Shown: positions 1 through 13,400 of the stretch, in pieces
Layout of the letters: each line of letters starts with the position of its first letter
Numbering within the stretch: the first letter of the stretch is position 1
Source of the DNA: Lytechinus pictus
Lineage: Eukaryota
DNA: 64,000 bases
Assembly (NCBI RefSeq): GCF_037042905.1
Contig: NC_087245.1
Coordinates: forward strand, 21,082,001-21,146,000
Reading direction: 5' to 3'
The notes under the pieces: generated by a model
The model's database searches: none
The model's input: the letters and a program-made list of their open reading frames with translations, nothing else
Told to the model about the DNA's origin: nothing
Position numbers and translations under genes: made by a program

Positions 1-1362
1 CATTTCATGGACCAGTGCAACATCTGTCGCCACATACCGTCGAATGGCCCAATTCAAACACATATTTCTAGCAAATTAATATATGTAGTTCATGCGCGAC
101 GTGCAGAGAAGTCCTAAATTGAAAACACACAGATGCTGCGATGCTCCGACAGTTGAGATTCCAGCCATAGATATTTTCACACACTTGAGCTCCCGTCCGG
201 TTTTAAAAATCAATAAAATATGATTGTAAACAAGGGATGGAAATCTAGTCCATAGTCATGTAATTGGAAAATAATATCCGCTGTGTGATTGGAGGAGGCT
301 CTCCAATAGAATTTGAATGATTTTAGGGGTGTAGAATGTGTGTGTGTGTGTGGGGGGGGGGGGTTGATGCATTCTTTTTCATAACCCTGAACCAAATTAT
401 GCAGAGTGAAAACATTTCATAGAAATCAGCGAGCTTGGAGCAAATTATGGAAGTGATATTAGATGGAATTCATAAAAAGATGTTATCTGATGGCATGTGA
501 GTGAGAGAATTGTTATATTTGAATAAATAATACATCAATATGATGTATTAATGAAAGGGTAATATATTGTCCATCTCTAGGAGACCATTATAAGTTGACA
601 TTTAGTAAGTGCCATTCAGTGGAACTCAAAATATTTGTCTTGCAGTTAATTTTTGTTTTGTCTGTCATTGTTATTCAGTGTTTGTAACTCTGTTTAACTT
701 TGTCCAATCATGCATGCAAATATTTGTGATTTGTGATTCAGTTATTGTCATTTTGTGTTTGTGTACACAGTTTGCTTACAAATTATAAATGCTGTGGGTG
801 TTTGACAATTTTGCTTGATGTTTGTTGTTGATTTCTGAATGGTTGCCATCTAGTTTACCTTATTTTAGATCAAAACATTACAGGCTATTGTTTCTCTTAC
901 AATATTAGGGATTTATGGGGTCTGTGATCCTATGTGTATTTCAATCCTGAATATTCTCATGCAATGTGAAGAGGAAAAATAATTTTGCAAATCATAATAT
1001 AAACTTTGTCTATAGATTGTACTTTTAAAAATGATATCATTATGCTGCGTTATCCGAGTATTTATAAAGTACAATATTATTGTTTTATTGTTTAAATACA
1101 GCATTTTTAGACTGAAACATAAAACCTAGATGTATTCCTTTCATCATAAAATGACAGATATTTTCTTCAATATTGGTTAAAAAATACAATACTACGCATT
1201 AAAATTGTGAGCAATGGTCAGTTTGGCCAAAATTGTACATCATTTTTTCATGAAAAAAATAAGAATAAATGAGTTACTGTATTCAGGTATCCTATAGATT
1301 CATCTTGCTGTATTTGATCTTTGACTGCAGTTTACTTATTTCTTTTGTTTTGATTTGATCAG

Positions 1363-1477
1363 GAATTGGTGGGAGGGACAGCTGAAAAGCGCAACTGGCG
1401 AGGCATCATCATATCCCTCCTGGTCATTCTCCTCATCTGCGCCTTGATCGTAGTAGCCATCATCATTGCAAGCCCGG
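1363..1477 (+). CDS. DPP4-family exon 1 (visible): juxtamembrane and TM segment ELVGGTAEKRNWRGIIISLLVILLICALIVVAIIIASP
   Basis: Acceptor ag at 1361-1362, donor gtaaga at 1478; hydrophobic signal-anchor resembling the DPP6/DPP10 ELVG...RNWKGI exon. Confidence 0.93.
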
Positions 1478-4400
1478 GTAAGACACCTCCAACCAGCTAA
1501 CCCTGCATACCAAAGCCATTTCATTTTCATTCATTGTACAGTCAACCTGCCATTAGCAATTCGGTGAAGACAGATCACCTGTCCAGAAAGATTGCAGGCA
1601 TTAAACCAAAGACTTCATGGACCTGTCCATGGAGACAGCCTGTCTATCACAACAACTTTTCCATCTTTTCTTCGAGAATATCTTATGGTTTACTTAAAAT
1701 TGTCACTAACAGGCTGACACGTTCCTCTCTTGAGGACACGTCAGGCTGGGGTCTCTCGAAGAAAATTGATCAATAAACGCACGGTTGACTGTACTTCAAT
1801 CCATAGTGAAACTAATCTTCATGGGAATCATGCTTTCTGCCGGGTTGAAATTATCGCAAAAAAATAAAATAAGAAATTTCACCTCCAATGATCATTATGA
1901 ACACTTCTCTAGAATTTAATTTATGAAATTAAAACCCTTCCTCCACAATGTGTGCATTAGAAATAATCAAAAGGTGTATAATATTTTCTTAACAGAAGTA
2001 ATAATAAATAAATCATATGAAAAAACACCTAAATTATATGTTTAAAAATGCATACTCTCATCCCTAGGGGAAATTTAGTTTGATATTTCAAAAGGATAGA
2101 TGGAATAGATATCATAAATAAAATATATCCAATCCCCAAGCACAATAGAATTGAGTATCTGCCATTTAATCTTGCTGATGAATTTGTACATTTAAAAAGT
2201 CTGTCTAGTAGGGGCAATATTTTGTAGGTTTATCAATGGAAGAGTCTCTACTTCTGCATAAAAATAGGTATATATGCATGTATATGTAGTGAGCTTTGTT
2301 AGTACTGACTGCCAATCTGGAATCATCCATCATTTTTTTGCATTTTTAGAATTATGACTTTCATAATATTTAGAGGTTTTTTATGAAGATTTGTGTGTTG
2401 CCCCTCCTCGTGAAACATATTTGTTGATGTTTTCAAAAGCACAGTGAATAATGATAACATTTTTGGGGGTGTCTTTTTACTCTAAAAATAGAGATTAGAA
2501 CTTTTGTCAAAAGACAGATCATTTGACTAATGATGTGATAGTAATAACCCAATTTTCATCAAAACTTGGTTTATGTAATAGAGCTGTTCTTCTCTCATGA
2601 CATCCAGCATTCTTGTTGGGAGGTTTTAATATTTTATCAAAGGATACCTCTTATCTCTTATCCATGTCTAGCATTGATATCATCAGTTGACTTGATTGCT
2701 ACACTTAGAAGAAATTATGCTTGATAAAAATCTTTGCATATGAAGCAGTTTGGTGGTGTATCCGTACAGAATAATATTTTTTCTTGCTTTTTAGTTCTTT
2801 GACATTGATGTAATTGTTATCATTTTTATGCAATGTTTCCGATTTCATATGAATGAATTAGAAGCTCTTGAAGTCATTTTACTTAATCGACTGGAAAACT
2901 TTTGTTCAAGAAACCTTCAGCATTTATGTTTTGGTGATAAGCTTCATGAAAAAAAAAGCCTTGTCCAGAGACCGATTATTTTTCTTTCATGTTATACCTG
3001 TACAAGTATTAACAGAGCAATAATAAGTTTGATGCTAATTAAAATCTACAAATATTTTAAAGCATTTTTAATTTGCCAAATTGCCTGGATACTAGAAAAA
3101 AAGTAAATCATTGCATCCATTCATATTAATCCATTAGAGTAGAAATAATTTTTTAGAATATCTTTCCTTACTAGATCCAGAACATTTTCATTCCAACTGT
3201 GCTTTAATGTGTGTTTTATGTTCTGCCTACTGACCCCAAACTTTTTAAGAAAGTATAAGTATATGTTTATTAAAAAATGTAAGGTTATTATTTCAAGCAT
3301 TTTTACCAGGCTATGGGGGAAAAATGCATGTATCTAACAACCTTGTTATAATAATGTGCTTGTTTGTTTGCAATAAATTGCAGCAATGCCACAAAGGAAT
3401 AGAGTATACTGTCATGGGACTGACAATGTCTATGGTGTTCATTATACTTGCAAATATCATGTTGATGTTCTATATATTTGTTCTTCATGTTCTTTCTCTC
3501 TCATCAATTGGCTCCCTCATGCTCCCATGATAATTATGATGATTCATAACTATTTGCCTGCATCTACTACCCTGACGAGTAAGTATAACAAGCCACCAGG
3601 ATTAATGATATCCGCATTGTATCTAATTTGGCAACTTGTGTCTGTTGTTCTAAGTTTGTTGCATGCTACCATCATTAGCTTGAAACGTGTTTCTGTTGTT
3701 GTTGTTGTTGCTTGTTTCCCAAAATTCACTTCAAGCACTGACTAATTTCTAACTTGAAATAAGTTTCCTTCTAATGCAAACCCTTTTTTAAGCACATTTA
3801 GTTCATATATTATTTCAGAATGTGTTGTTCCACAGTATTGCATATGTGCACCTCTCATATTCAAAGCCACATGATAGGTACACATACAAAAGAAGGACTC
3901 TCTGGGTTGTTATTTATACCAGCTAGCCAGTACTTGAAAGTCTTGGAAATACAAGATTGCTCATGTTGAATTATACATTTGTTTTGATTTGTCTGTGCAT
4001 GAAATATACATCGTGCCAATGTTCTCTATATGAAACTTGAGTAAATTCAGCTCAGTTATTCATAGTCTTAGCTTTACAGCACTCCTGAAACATCCTTATT
4101 TCCTGAGAATATGAACTGTAAATCTTTCTAAAAAGAAGGATTGATATACATGCTAAAAAAAAATATTAATTGTACAATGATAGTTCATAACCTCAATCTA
4201 GCATGGATAACATTAATAGGTTCAGGTGCTCTTTCTCTTTCTACTTTCCTTCCTTTTTCATTCTCTTTTGTTTTTTTTTACTCCTAATGAATTTCTTAAT
4301 ATCATTAATCGTCCAATCATTTAAACAAAAACACGAGTTTCAAAGCTGTTTTGCAACGCAACAAATACAGATTCCATGAAAAGTCAATTACTTTCCTATT

Positions 4401-7400
4401 CGGTTTTACATGGAGACTATCTTCGTAGATCTCTACCTTGCTAAGCTATACTTGAAATAGGCAAAGTCCATACTGTCCACTTATGTAGCATATATACTCT
4501 CCTGGTAAAAATTGATCATATAAGTGCACTGGCTGTTAAGAATCGCCTAGGCTTATGCCAATCAATTATGCAAATAGATTCAGGTTTGGTCATGCAACAT
4601 AAATTGATTAATTTCCCCTCGATGCGCTCCCCGAATTACTTTCCCAAACTGGAACCCATTACAGGGACTATATTTGTATGTCATATGATGGATCAAACTA
4701 GAGTGTATTTTATAATGAATTTCATTTCACGTAATCGTGGGTAGGTTGGTTAGGGACTGCATACGCTGAAAGTGTTAAGGTTAGGCAAGGATACTGACTT
4801 CCATTATTCCATGTCACCTTACTCACACAATAACGTCAAGGATAGCAATATGTTGGTATTTTATTCATATAATAATTAATTGAAATAACGATATAAGTGC
4901 CATAAATCCTATATAGAACCATGACACTGTACTATTAATCATAGAGTTGTAATGTAAACTAGTAGTAAAAACAAATGAGCAAAAAAAACATAGTTCGCAC
5001 TTTTTCTACAATTTTTGTCCATGTGTGAGAGAAGTTTGATGTGGGTTTTCTTCTTGTAATTCTGTATTCTTCCTTTTCATTTCATCTCTTATCACTAGTA
5101 TGAATATTTCTATGAAATAGTACTTATTTTAATTTTTGAAATTGCTTTTTTTTATAATTGAATTTTTCATTTTTTTTTCACTATTTACAAGTCAATATCA
5201 ATTTGCTGTGATTTTGTATTCACAATGTTTATTTTCTTGCACCTAGATACAATTCAAGTTTCAATATCGTGTGTATTTTTTTTTCTTTATTGATAGTCAT
5301 TTTGCTTTTCCTTTACATTTTAGTTTTGGTACATGTACAGATTTGTCTTGATTTGTAGATCTGCATTTGACATATTTGACCCTTATTACATACTCACCAA
5401 TTTCAATATAATAGTCCAATTGAAAATATCTAAGGAGATTTGTTTTTCTCATATTATATGGCTCATTAAATATACTGTACATTTAGGGGGTTGCAATTAT
5501 TTTGCCTAAGCCATAGTTATTAGGCTACCTTAATGTAGGGCACTTGCTTATCACTTCTTCAGTATGCCTTAATTTTTTTTTCAGAAAGTGAAATTAAGTA
5601 AAGTTAGCTTACACATTTGCTGCTTAAATTTGGTGATCCTAAGTAAATTCACAAGAATTATATAATTCTATAATAAAACATATTCTTACAGTTGCCGTGG
5701 AGTATTCGGATCCTGTGAAAAAAAAGGAATGGGATGGAAAGAATAAGTCAATGATTGTATCTCAGAAGTTTGGCTCTTACTCATGCTTCTTATATTCATC
5801 ATTTCAATTATTTCCTCAGGTACAGACCTTAGAATATATTCAAAGTATACATTTGAGGATATATTCGACCCCCAGTACCAACCAACGTACTATGATGCTG
5901 TGTGGTTGACAGGTTAGTATAAAACATTGAAGTTGAAAAAGGTAGAAAGATCATACAATTAACACCAAAATATGAAAAAAATTATGACAAATGTGGCTGT
6001 CCATTTATTCATATTTCAGTTGATGTACGCAAGAGGCTGTACAAAAATTTCCTTGAGCAACTATTTAGAAAAACGCTTCTATTTAAACAATTAAAATATA
6101 TTCATTATTTCATGAAAGCTGCCTTTAGTAGCCATAATTTATGGTGAGAAAATTTCCTTTTCTAGATGTATTACTGAATTTGTTTTTATGTATCAATATA
6201 TCAATTGTTTCATCGAGTCCTGATAGGATTGAAGTTTAGACCACCTTAGTATTAATTATTTGTCAAACTGAAGCAAAGTTTGCCTGCATGCACATTGATG
6301 AATGGACATGGATAACATGTTAATTGGTCTTTAATCTCGATCTGTCGATACCTCGAAGTATGAATTAATGATCTTCAATTTGATGGGCTGGATACATTAA
6401 TGATAACCTAGCACAAACATGTCTGGTGAGAAGCAGACAAGCTTTTGAGGTGGCTTATATTAGCCTATCAATCAATGAATTATAGATCATGATCCTCATG
6501 TTTCATAGAAACTATTTTGGTGATGTAGTTCATCTTGGTATATCCTCTCTCATGTTTTTTTTCATCCATATCCTGTTTTTAACCTTGTCAGAGGATGAAT
6601 ATGTACTACGGAATTCCACCAACAATATTGTGGCTGTCGATGTCGCCGCCAACGAAACAACACTGCTCATTAGCAATAGGACGATGGTAAGGTTTTGTTG
6701 AATGTACGGTTTGGAAATAGTTATGATTAAAAAGGGAATTGCCTTGAGCAAGTAATAAATGTTGTTTTTAAGGCCAATTTCACCCTACGCAACCACTGAC
6801 CTAATTTGATTTGCATTGTGTGTATAATATTATCCGTAGGCGTATTCTGAATTAAATTGCCATTTTATTAGTGTAATTACTCTGGGAGGTGCATTTTTAT
6901 AAAGGATGTTAATGAAATTTGGTCCTCTTATTGTAAAGCAAAATAAAGATAATTTGCAATTTAGCAATCTCTCTACCTCAAGCTCAGAACAGTTCAGTTA
7001 ATATGACCCATTTTTATCTGTATGCTTTTTAATGTGTTTTATATGACATGGAATTTTCATTGTCATAGTTTGATATAAAATTAATTCAAATGACATTCAT
7101 GTTTCAAAGTTTGAAAGGGCGTCATGGTCATGCTCGGAATATAGTTACAGCCCAGTTGATACCCCCCCCCCCCTCATAGCAGTGCAAGCTGTGACTTTTG
7201 GGGTTTAGTCAATGAGTACATTCACATGATTTTCTGAAGCTAGAATCACAATTATGAATCACAAACCAAAATGGTAACAACAATGGAAGTTTTTTTACGG
7301 TAAACACCATGTATGTAGTCCTAAATAGGATTGTTTGTTATTCTTTCTTGTATGTTAGCTCTGAAAAGAACTGTTCACTTGGTAACATAAAAGACAGTCA

Positions 7401-10400
7401 CGGTGGGCTTTTGTTTTCTGGAATATTCTCAATTAGGAATTACTTATAAAGAAAATTGAGGTTGAAACATAATATATCACGCTTGTAATAGTCTTTTGCA
7501 GGATCATTATTTTTACTCAATTCTCTTTGATTACAGGATGAAGAAGGGATCATTAGGATATGGGTGCATCCAGATAAACAATATATCCTGCTCTCATCAG
7601 ACGAACAACAGATCTTCCGTAATAGCTTTGAGGCAGTCTACAAGATATATGATGTCAAAAAGAAGTGAGTTTATTGTAACATTCTATCTTCAATCCTTCT
7701 CCAATCTAAGAGAGAGGTAATGTTTATTGAGGTAGCGTAATATTGATCAATTTCTCATGAGAATCATTATTAGATCCTTAACAAAATGTTTCGCTCTACA
7801 CCAACCCCCATGTGCTCAATTTCAAGATTCTAGCTCAATAAGATGGCTTTAAGATTAATCCCATTATAAACTTGACCATTCTTCTTTGAGATTTATCCTT
7901 CCAGCCCACTTTTTGTTTTTCTTTTTTTTTGTTCTATTTTAGGGGACTATGGTTAAGAAGTTCTTTTCACTTCATTTGATCTCCAATTTCATCATCAAAA
8001 TATATCTTTATGATTTTATGATTGAAATGAATGAATGAATTGAACTTAACTGAAGAAGGCATCTTCTAATCTTCCATATTGTATTAAAGTGCCTTATAAA
8101 CAAAAACAAAAATATATTACTATTATTATGACCTACATTTCCCTACCACCTCTCCCCATCTAAAGTGCATAAGATAATGAGTTCTTCCTTGAATGTACCA
8201 AAGGGTCTATTTAAAGAAGTAATTGATTGTAAGATCTTTTTTTAAATCATACCTTATTGTGCAAGAAGTAGACTTGCATTTAATTGCTAATTTCCAATCA
8301 ATTCAAAGACCTGTGTTTTGTTTGGGGACCGAAAACTTACCTTTTTTATAATCTGTATCTCCATGACTCAATGATGATATTTCTTTCATCTAGATCTGTG
8401 ATCAAGACATTAACACCACCGAGTGTGACAGATGGACCAGTTCCTCTTAGATATGCATCTTGGGTTCCTAACAGTGCAGGCTTGGTAAGCAATTTATACA
8501 TTATCTGCAAACAGCTTAGAGATGGAGATTTCGTTGTGATGTGATCAAGGCTATGTAAATGGAATGAATTATGGGCATTATTATTATTATTATTATCACC
8601 ACCAGCAACATCATCGTTAACACCTCCATTAGGCCTACCACCACCATCACCACCTCCAGTATATTCATCGATCACCATCATCACCACGATCACCACCAAC
8701 ACCACTACCATTACCACCGCCACCACCATGATCGATACCATCATCATCATCGTCGCCATCATCATAACCATCCTACATAACATAGCCAACCCAAATTTTT
8801 TAGCTAACTCTGACATTTCCTCGCATCATATGAATTTCTAAGCACCTTGGTGGTTTTCCTTAATGATTTATGGAATATTCTGGGCTCTTATCTATTTAGT
8901 AGCTCCAAAATCAAATTTAGATGATCTTGTTTTGCATCAGTTGGAATGAAATATTGTATATCACCTTTTCCTAACTTAGCTTGATGAGTTGAGCTGCTAG
9001 GGTATCAATCGTGGATGTGGTTGACACAAATAACTTATTCGGGCTTTCCTCCAAGCAGAGGGGTTACTCAATACAAATATCATCTTTCATTTCCGGCTCC
9101 CAAACAAAGTCTGTGCCAAGTCTTTTATCAGACATCCTCAATGTCTTTCACTGTGGCTTCCTCGCTTGGTTCCATGACAATTGCTCCGCTGTGAATTCCA
9201 CACGTTATTGGAATCGCCAACTTCAACCCTGGATTTAACACTATACCCTATCCTAAGCCTAACCCTAAACCTAAAATAAAACCATATTACAACCCTTACC
9301 CTATATCTTAGACGAAACAAAGCCCAGAGCAATTGTCGCAGGAGCAAATGTCGTGTCACCTCTCACATTCCCTATTGTTTTGTCTGCTTAAATGAAAGGA
9401 AAAGACCCCGAGCAAGATGTTTGCAAAAAAAGACACAGCTTGGACTATGTTGTTATGCCTTAAACAACATACCTTTCCAAATTTGAGAACGCTGAATAAG
9501 GGTAAGATGTACACTTTCAGTCTAGATGTGACGACCTGAGCCTTTCATATGCATATATTTCAACAAAAGAAGATTAAATAGAACTGACTTTACATCAGAT
9601 TTGGTGCTTAGATTAAAATAGGTGAATTTATGTTTTAAATATTTGCTTTATTTCAGATTTTTATTTATAAAAACAACTTGTACTACCAGAATGCGGTAAA
9701 CAACGACCCAGTTGCTGTTACTACGGATGGTATAGAGGGAGAGGTCTTCAACGGTGTACCAGATTGGGTTTATGAAGGTAAAAATGACCTAATGAATCCA
9801 TAATTCCTTATCCATTATCACAAAGATGACCTGAGTATACATTGGCAGAAAGAAAACCATAAATATTACTTTGTTTACTTTCTTTCCATGCATTTCTTTT
9901 TTTGTGTGTGTAGAAGAGGGAGATATGAAATGAGCGCTAACTGAAAATGACCAGTACTCAGATACAAAACAAATTTTATAAAATACTTTGCTTCAATATA
10001 TACCCAAAAAAAATATTTTTAAAATCTATTTCTTAATCTTTTAAATATTTTTTCAAGTTATATATACTGAATATGTAAATGATGCTTACTTGCTTGTTTG
10101 TTTCCATTTATTCACTTTTGATGAATTGTGTGGGGAAGGAACATAAAAAATGCATGCAAGTCCTTGAAATCTAGTTGACAGATGATTATTGTAATGCAAT
10201 TGATATTCACCTTAACCTCTTTGACCTTGTTTCTCACCTGTTTCTGTGTTATTTTTCTTTTTTTACTTGACAATATCAGAGGAAATTCTGAGTGATGATG
10301 ATGCTCTTTACTGGAACAAGGATGGATCTAGATTGGTCTTTGCTCAATTCAATGATACTCAGGTTCCTAAAGCATGGTATCCCTGCTATGAGAACAAGGT

Positions 10401-13400
10401 TTACAGTGAGGTAAGATATGATAATTATGGTATGCTATGATGTTATTATATATTGTATATTATAATAACACAGATATTCAAACCATTCTAAATTTTTTTA
10501 GGAAAGAACATGAATTGTGACAATTTTTTACTCTATTTTCAATATAATTTTTCTATATTTTTTTGATAAATTATTCACACACTGCTATCATAATGCTGTA
10601 CCCTTTCTTCTTACAAAGATACAAAGATAGGGGGTCTGAATCACTATTTACGTCGCGAAAAATAAATTCCAGGCTGTTTATATTTAATACGATGAGATAA
10701 TCATGATTCACCAACTTAACAAAAGTATAGGGTTCACTTTCATTCAAATTTATAAATAAATGTTAAAAGCTACTGAAATTGTATTTGATTGGTTGATAAC
10801 TGCTTTGCCTATAAATTCTAAATTTGTTTTAACAGTTTGTTTAATAAAGGAGAACCCTGATTTTCTTTTAAGCACAAAGATACATTGAGCTTGTATATAC
10901 TGACGGTTAAATCAGGAATAGTTTTGATTTTAGAAACTATGACTGTTTAGATTTTTGACCACTCACTTATACCCATTCCTTAATGTTTTTTAAATTGTAT
11001 TTCACTACTTGTAGATTAAATACGTCAACTATCCCAAGCCTGGATATCCTAATCCCACCATCAAGCTGCTTGTCATGCCAGTTGAAGATGCTACAAATTT
11101 GGTCCAACTCCAGCCTCCAAGACAGTTCCAGGACCAGTAAGTGCTAGCTTTCTTGCAATTCTTGCATACCCACATATTTCAGAGACTATTCTTAGATATC
11201 GAGAGATATGTAGATTCTATACCCAGCTAATTCATTGGAGCCCTTGTCTGAGCACTGTAACTCCCTATCAAGACCAGTACAACCATCATTCCTCTAAATT
11301 GTTTCACAGCCACATGGAACTAATTAACCAAAATCAAAAGATTATCAAAATAATTATCTAAGATTCTGCCTGCACCAAGTCATTCTTCATCTGTTCACTA
11401 CTGAATTTTGTAATACCCATCAGCTGAATCTAGTGTTTTAACTCCCAAGTTCTCTCATTTAGGCATCACTGATTCACTTCATATATGCAGTATTGTTATT
11501 ATACACCATATGGACACTTCTTTTTTTTCTAGGGAGTACTATTACAGAAGTGTTGTATGGAAGGATAGATACCAGGTAGCCGTCACATGGTGGAACAGAC
11601 CGCAGAATGTTTCCGTGACGACCATATGCCAGGTGGACACCGGGGTTTGTGACCTCAACTACGAGCAAGAGACACCCAACGGCTGGATAGTTCAGGTCAG
11701 TGGTCACAATTTGTATCATATGCATGCATCTTTTTCCTTTAAAATTATGTTGTGTCAAGTACGTGGATTGTTCTAGTGATAGATGAAATAGAATTATGTG
11801 TCAAATGCTACACTGTAATTCCAAATTCACTCAAAGGGACCTTTTCTTTGATTCAAAGTGGATCGGCTCATTTTCACAGTTATCTGATCACTAACAAATG
11901 CAAATGTGCCAAACTTTAAGCAGAGTAATAAAGACCTTTAAAACAGGAAGTTATTCTTTATTGAGTGTTATTTGGAAATCCAAGATTGATTGCTATTGAT
12001 ATAGAACATATGTGCAGAGATAAGTGTGTTAATGTAAATGATTATGATATGCAGTATACTTCAGAATATTTAATTTACAAGATGCTGTAGTATCTATTAT
12101 ACAAATATACCGGGTTTGAGAAAATATTTCCACTACACTTTCAAAAGAAACGCCCGGTATATTTGTTTTATATCCCTTCCATAATTTAAGTTTGAACAAA
12201 AAATATTTCTTATCTAGTCCTAATTGGCATATCTCCATGATCTGCATGGACAAAATCTAGATCGGCTTAGCTCTAATTTAAACAAAATTGGCTTACATGA
12301 TTAAGCTAGCCGGTTCCTGAATAGACTGGAGGCGGCTACCGTCGGCTCCTAAGCATCACTCGGGGTGGATTGTTGTTGCGCGGTGCGGCGGCTGAGCTAG
12401 TGAGATTGGTTTTCTAATAATTCCAGTTACCGGTTGTGAAGGTTGTGAACTAACCCTGCTGAACTAAAATGAAGCAGCCTGAATCATTCGATGATCGAAT
12501 GATGGCCATTATTAATTTTATTTTCAGCATACAGATTCATTGTAAACAAGCAAGATGTGATTTCACATTGACAGTTATTTATCAGAGAGTTTGTGATTCA
12601 GCTAGCATTGCATTTTTACCTGTGTTGATTGCGCTGCGCTCAGCGGACCCCTGAAGCATCTTTGCTGTTGTGTCACTAGACATGCCCGGTAGAGGCAGTC
12701 CATCATGTGCTGTGCCCGAGTGATTGCATGGTTTTCAGTCGGACGCAAAATAGTAAAACAACTATTCTACTCTGGGTCCCGTAACACAAAGGTTAGCGAT
12801 TAATCGTACGCTTGATTTTCATGTTTGATTGTACATTGTAGTCAGTGCAATCAATCATAGAAAAATGTTCTACGATCATTGCTAACCTTTGTGTTACGGG
12901 CCCCGGATGTCACAAACTATTTTGATCTCCGATGAATTTCATTTTTATGGTGAAATTATGATTAGTCACGTGAAGGGCTCTTGACCAATCAAATAGCAAC
13001 AAATTTTCAGTAAGGGATGAAATTGTATATATAACCACATTGTATGATGTTGATATTTGATATTCTTTTCTTGTTTGCAGAGAGGGGATATTATTTTTGC
13101 AGAAGATGGTCTTTCATACTTCACTATTCTACCTGAGAGAGAAGGACCTAGAGGAAGCTTCTATCATATAGCTCAAGTTACTGCTGAGGTCAGTTTGCAT
13201 TTTGAAATGTGTTAATTGTTATCAATGATTGTCATTGAATAATTTGGCCTCAGCCAATGAGATGGAGAGATTTCCAGTAGCGTTTAACATCTGCAGGTGA
13301 AAGTCCCCCCCAAAAGTCTGTGTGAAACGCTCCCCTTATCTCTTTTTAAATTTTCTTTTCATTTTCCTTAAACTCACAAATTTGAATATAAAATTTAGTC

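Noticed and set aside
8346..8816. 156-aa Val/Met/Gly-rich ORF (-) and 69-aa His-rich ORF (+)
   Set aside because: Products of an intronic (CAT/CAC/ATT)n microsatellite and the antisense of a real DPP exon
9225..9305. Telomere-like CCCTAA repeats
   Set aside because: Few, degenerate and internal to a small TIR element; not a telomere or fusion relic
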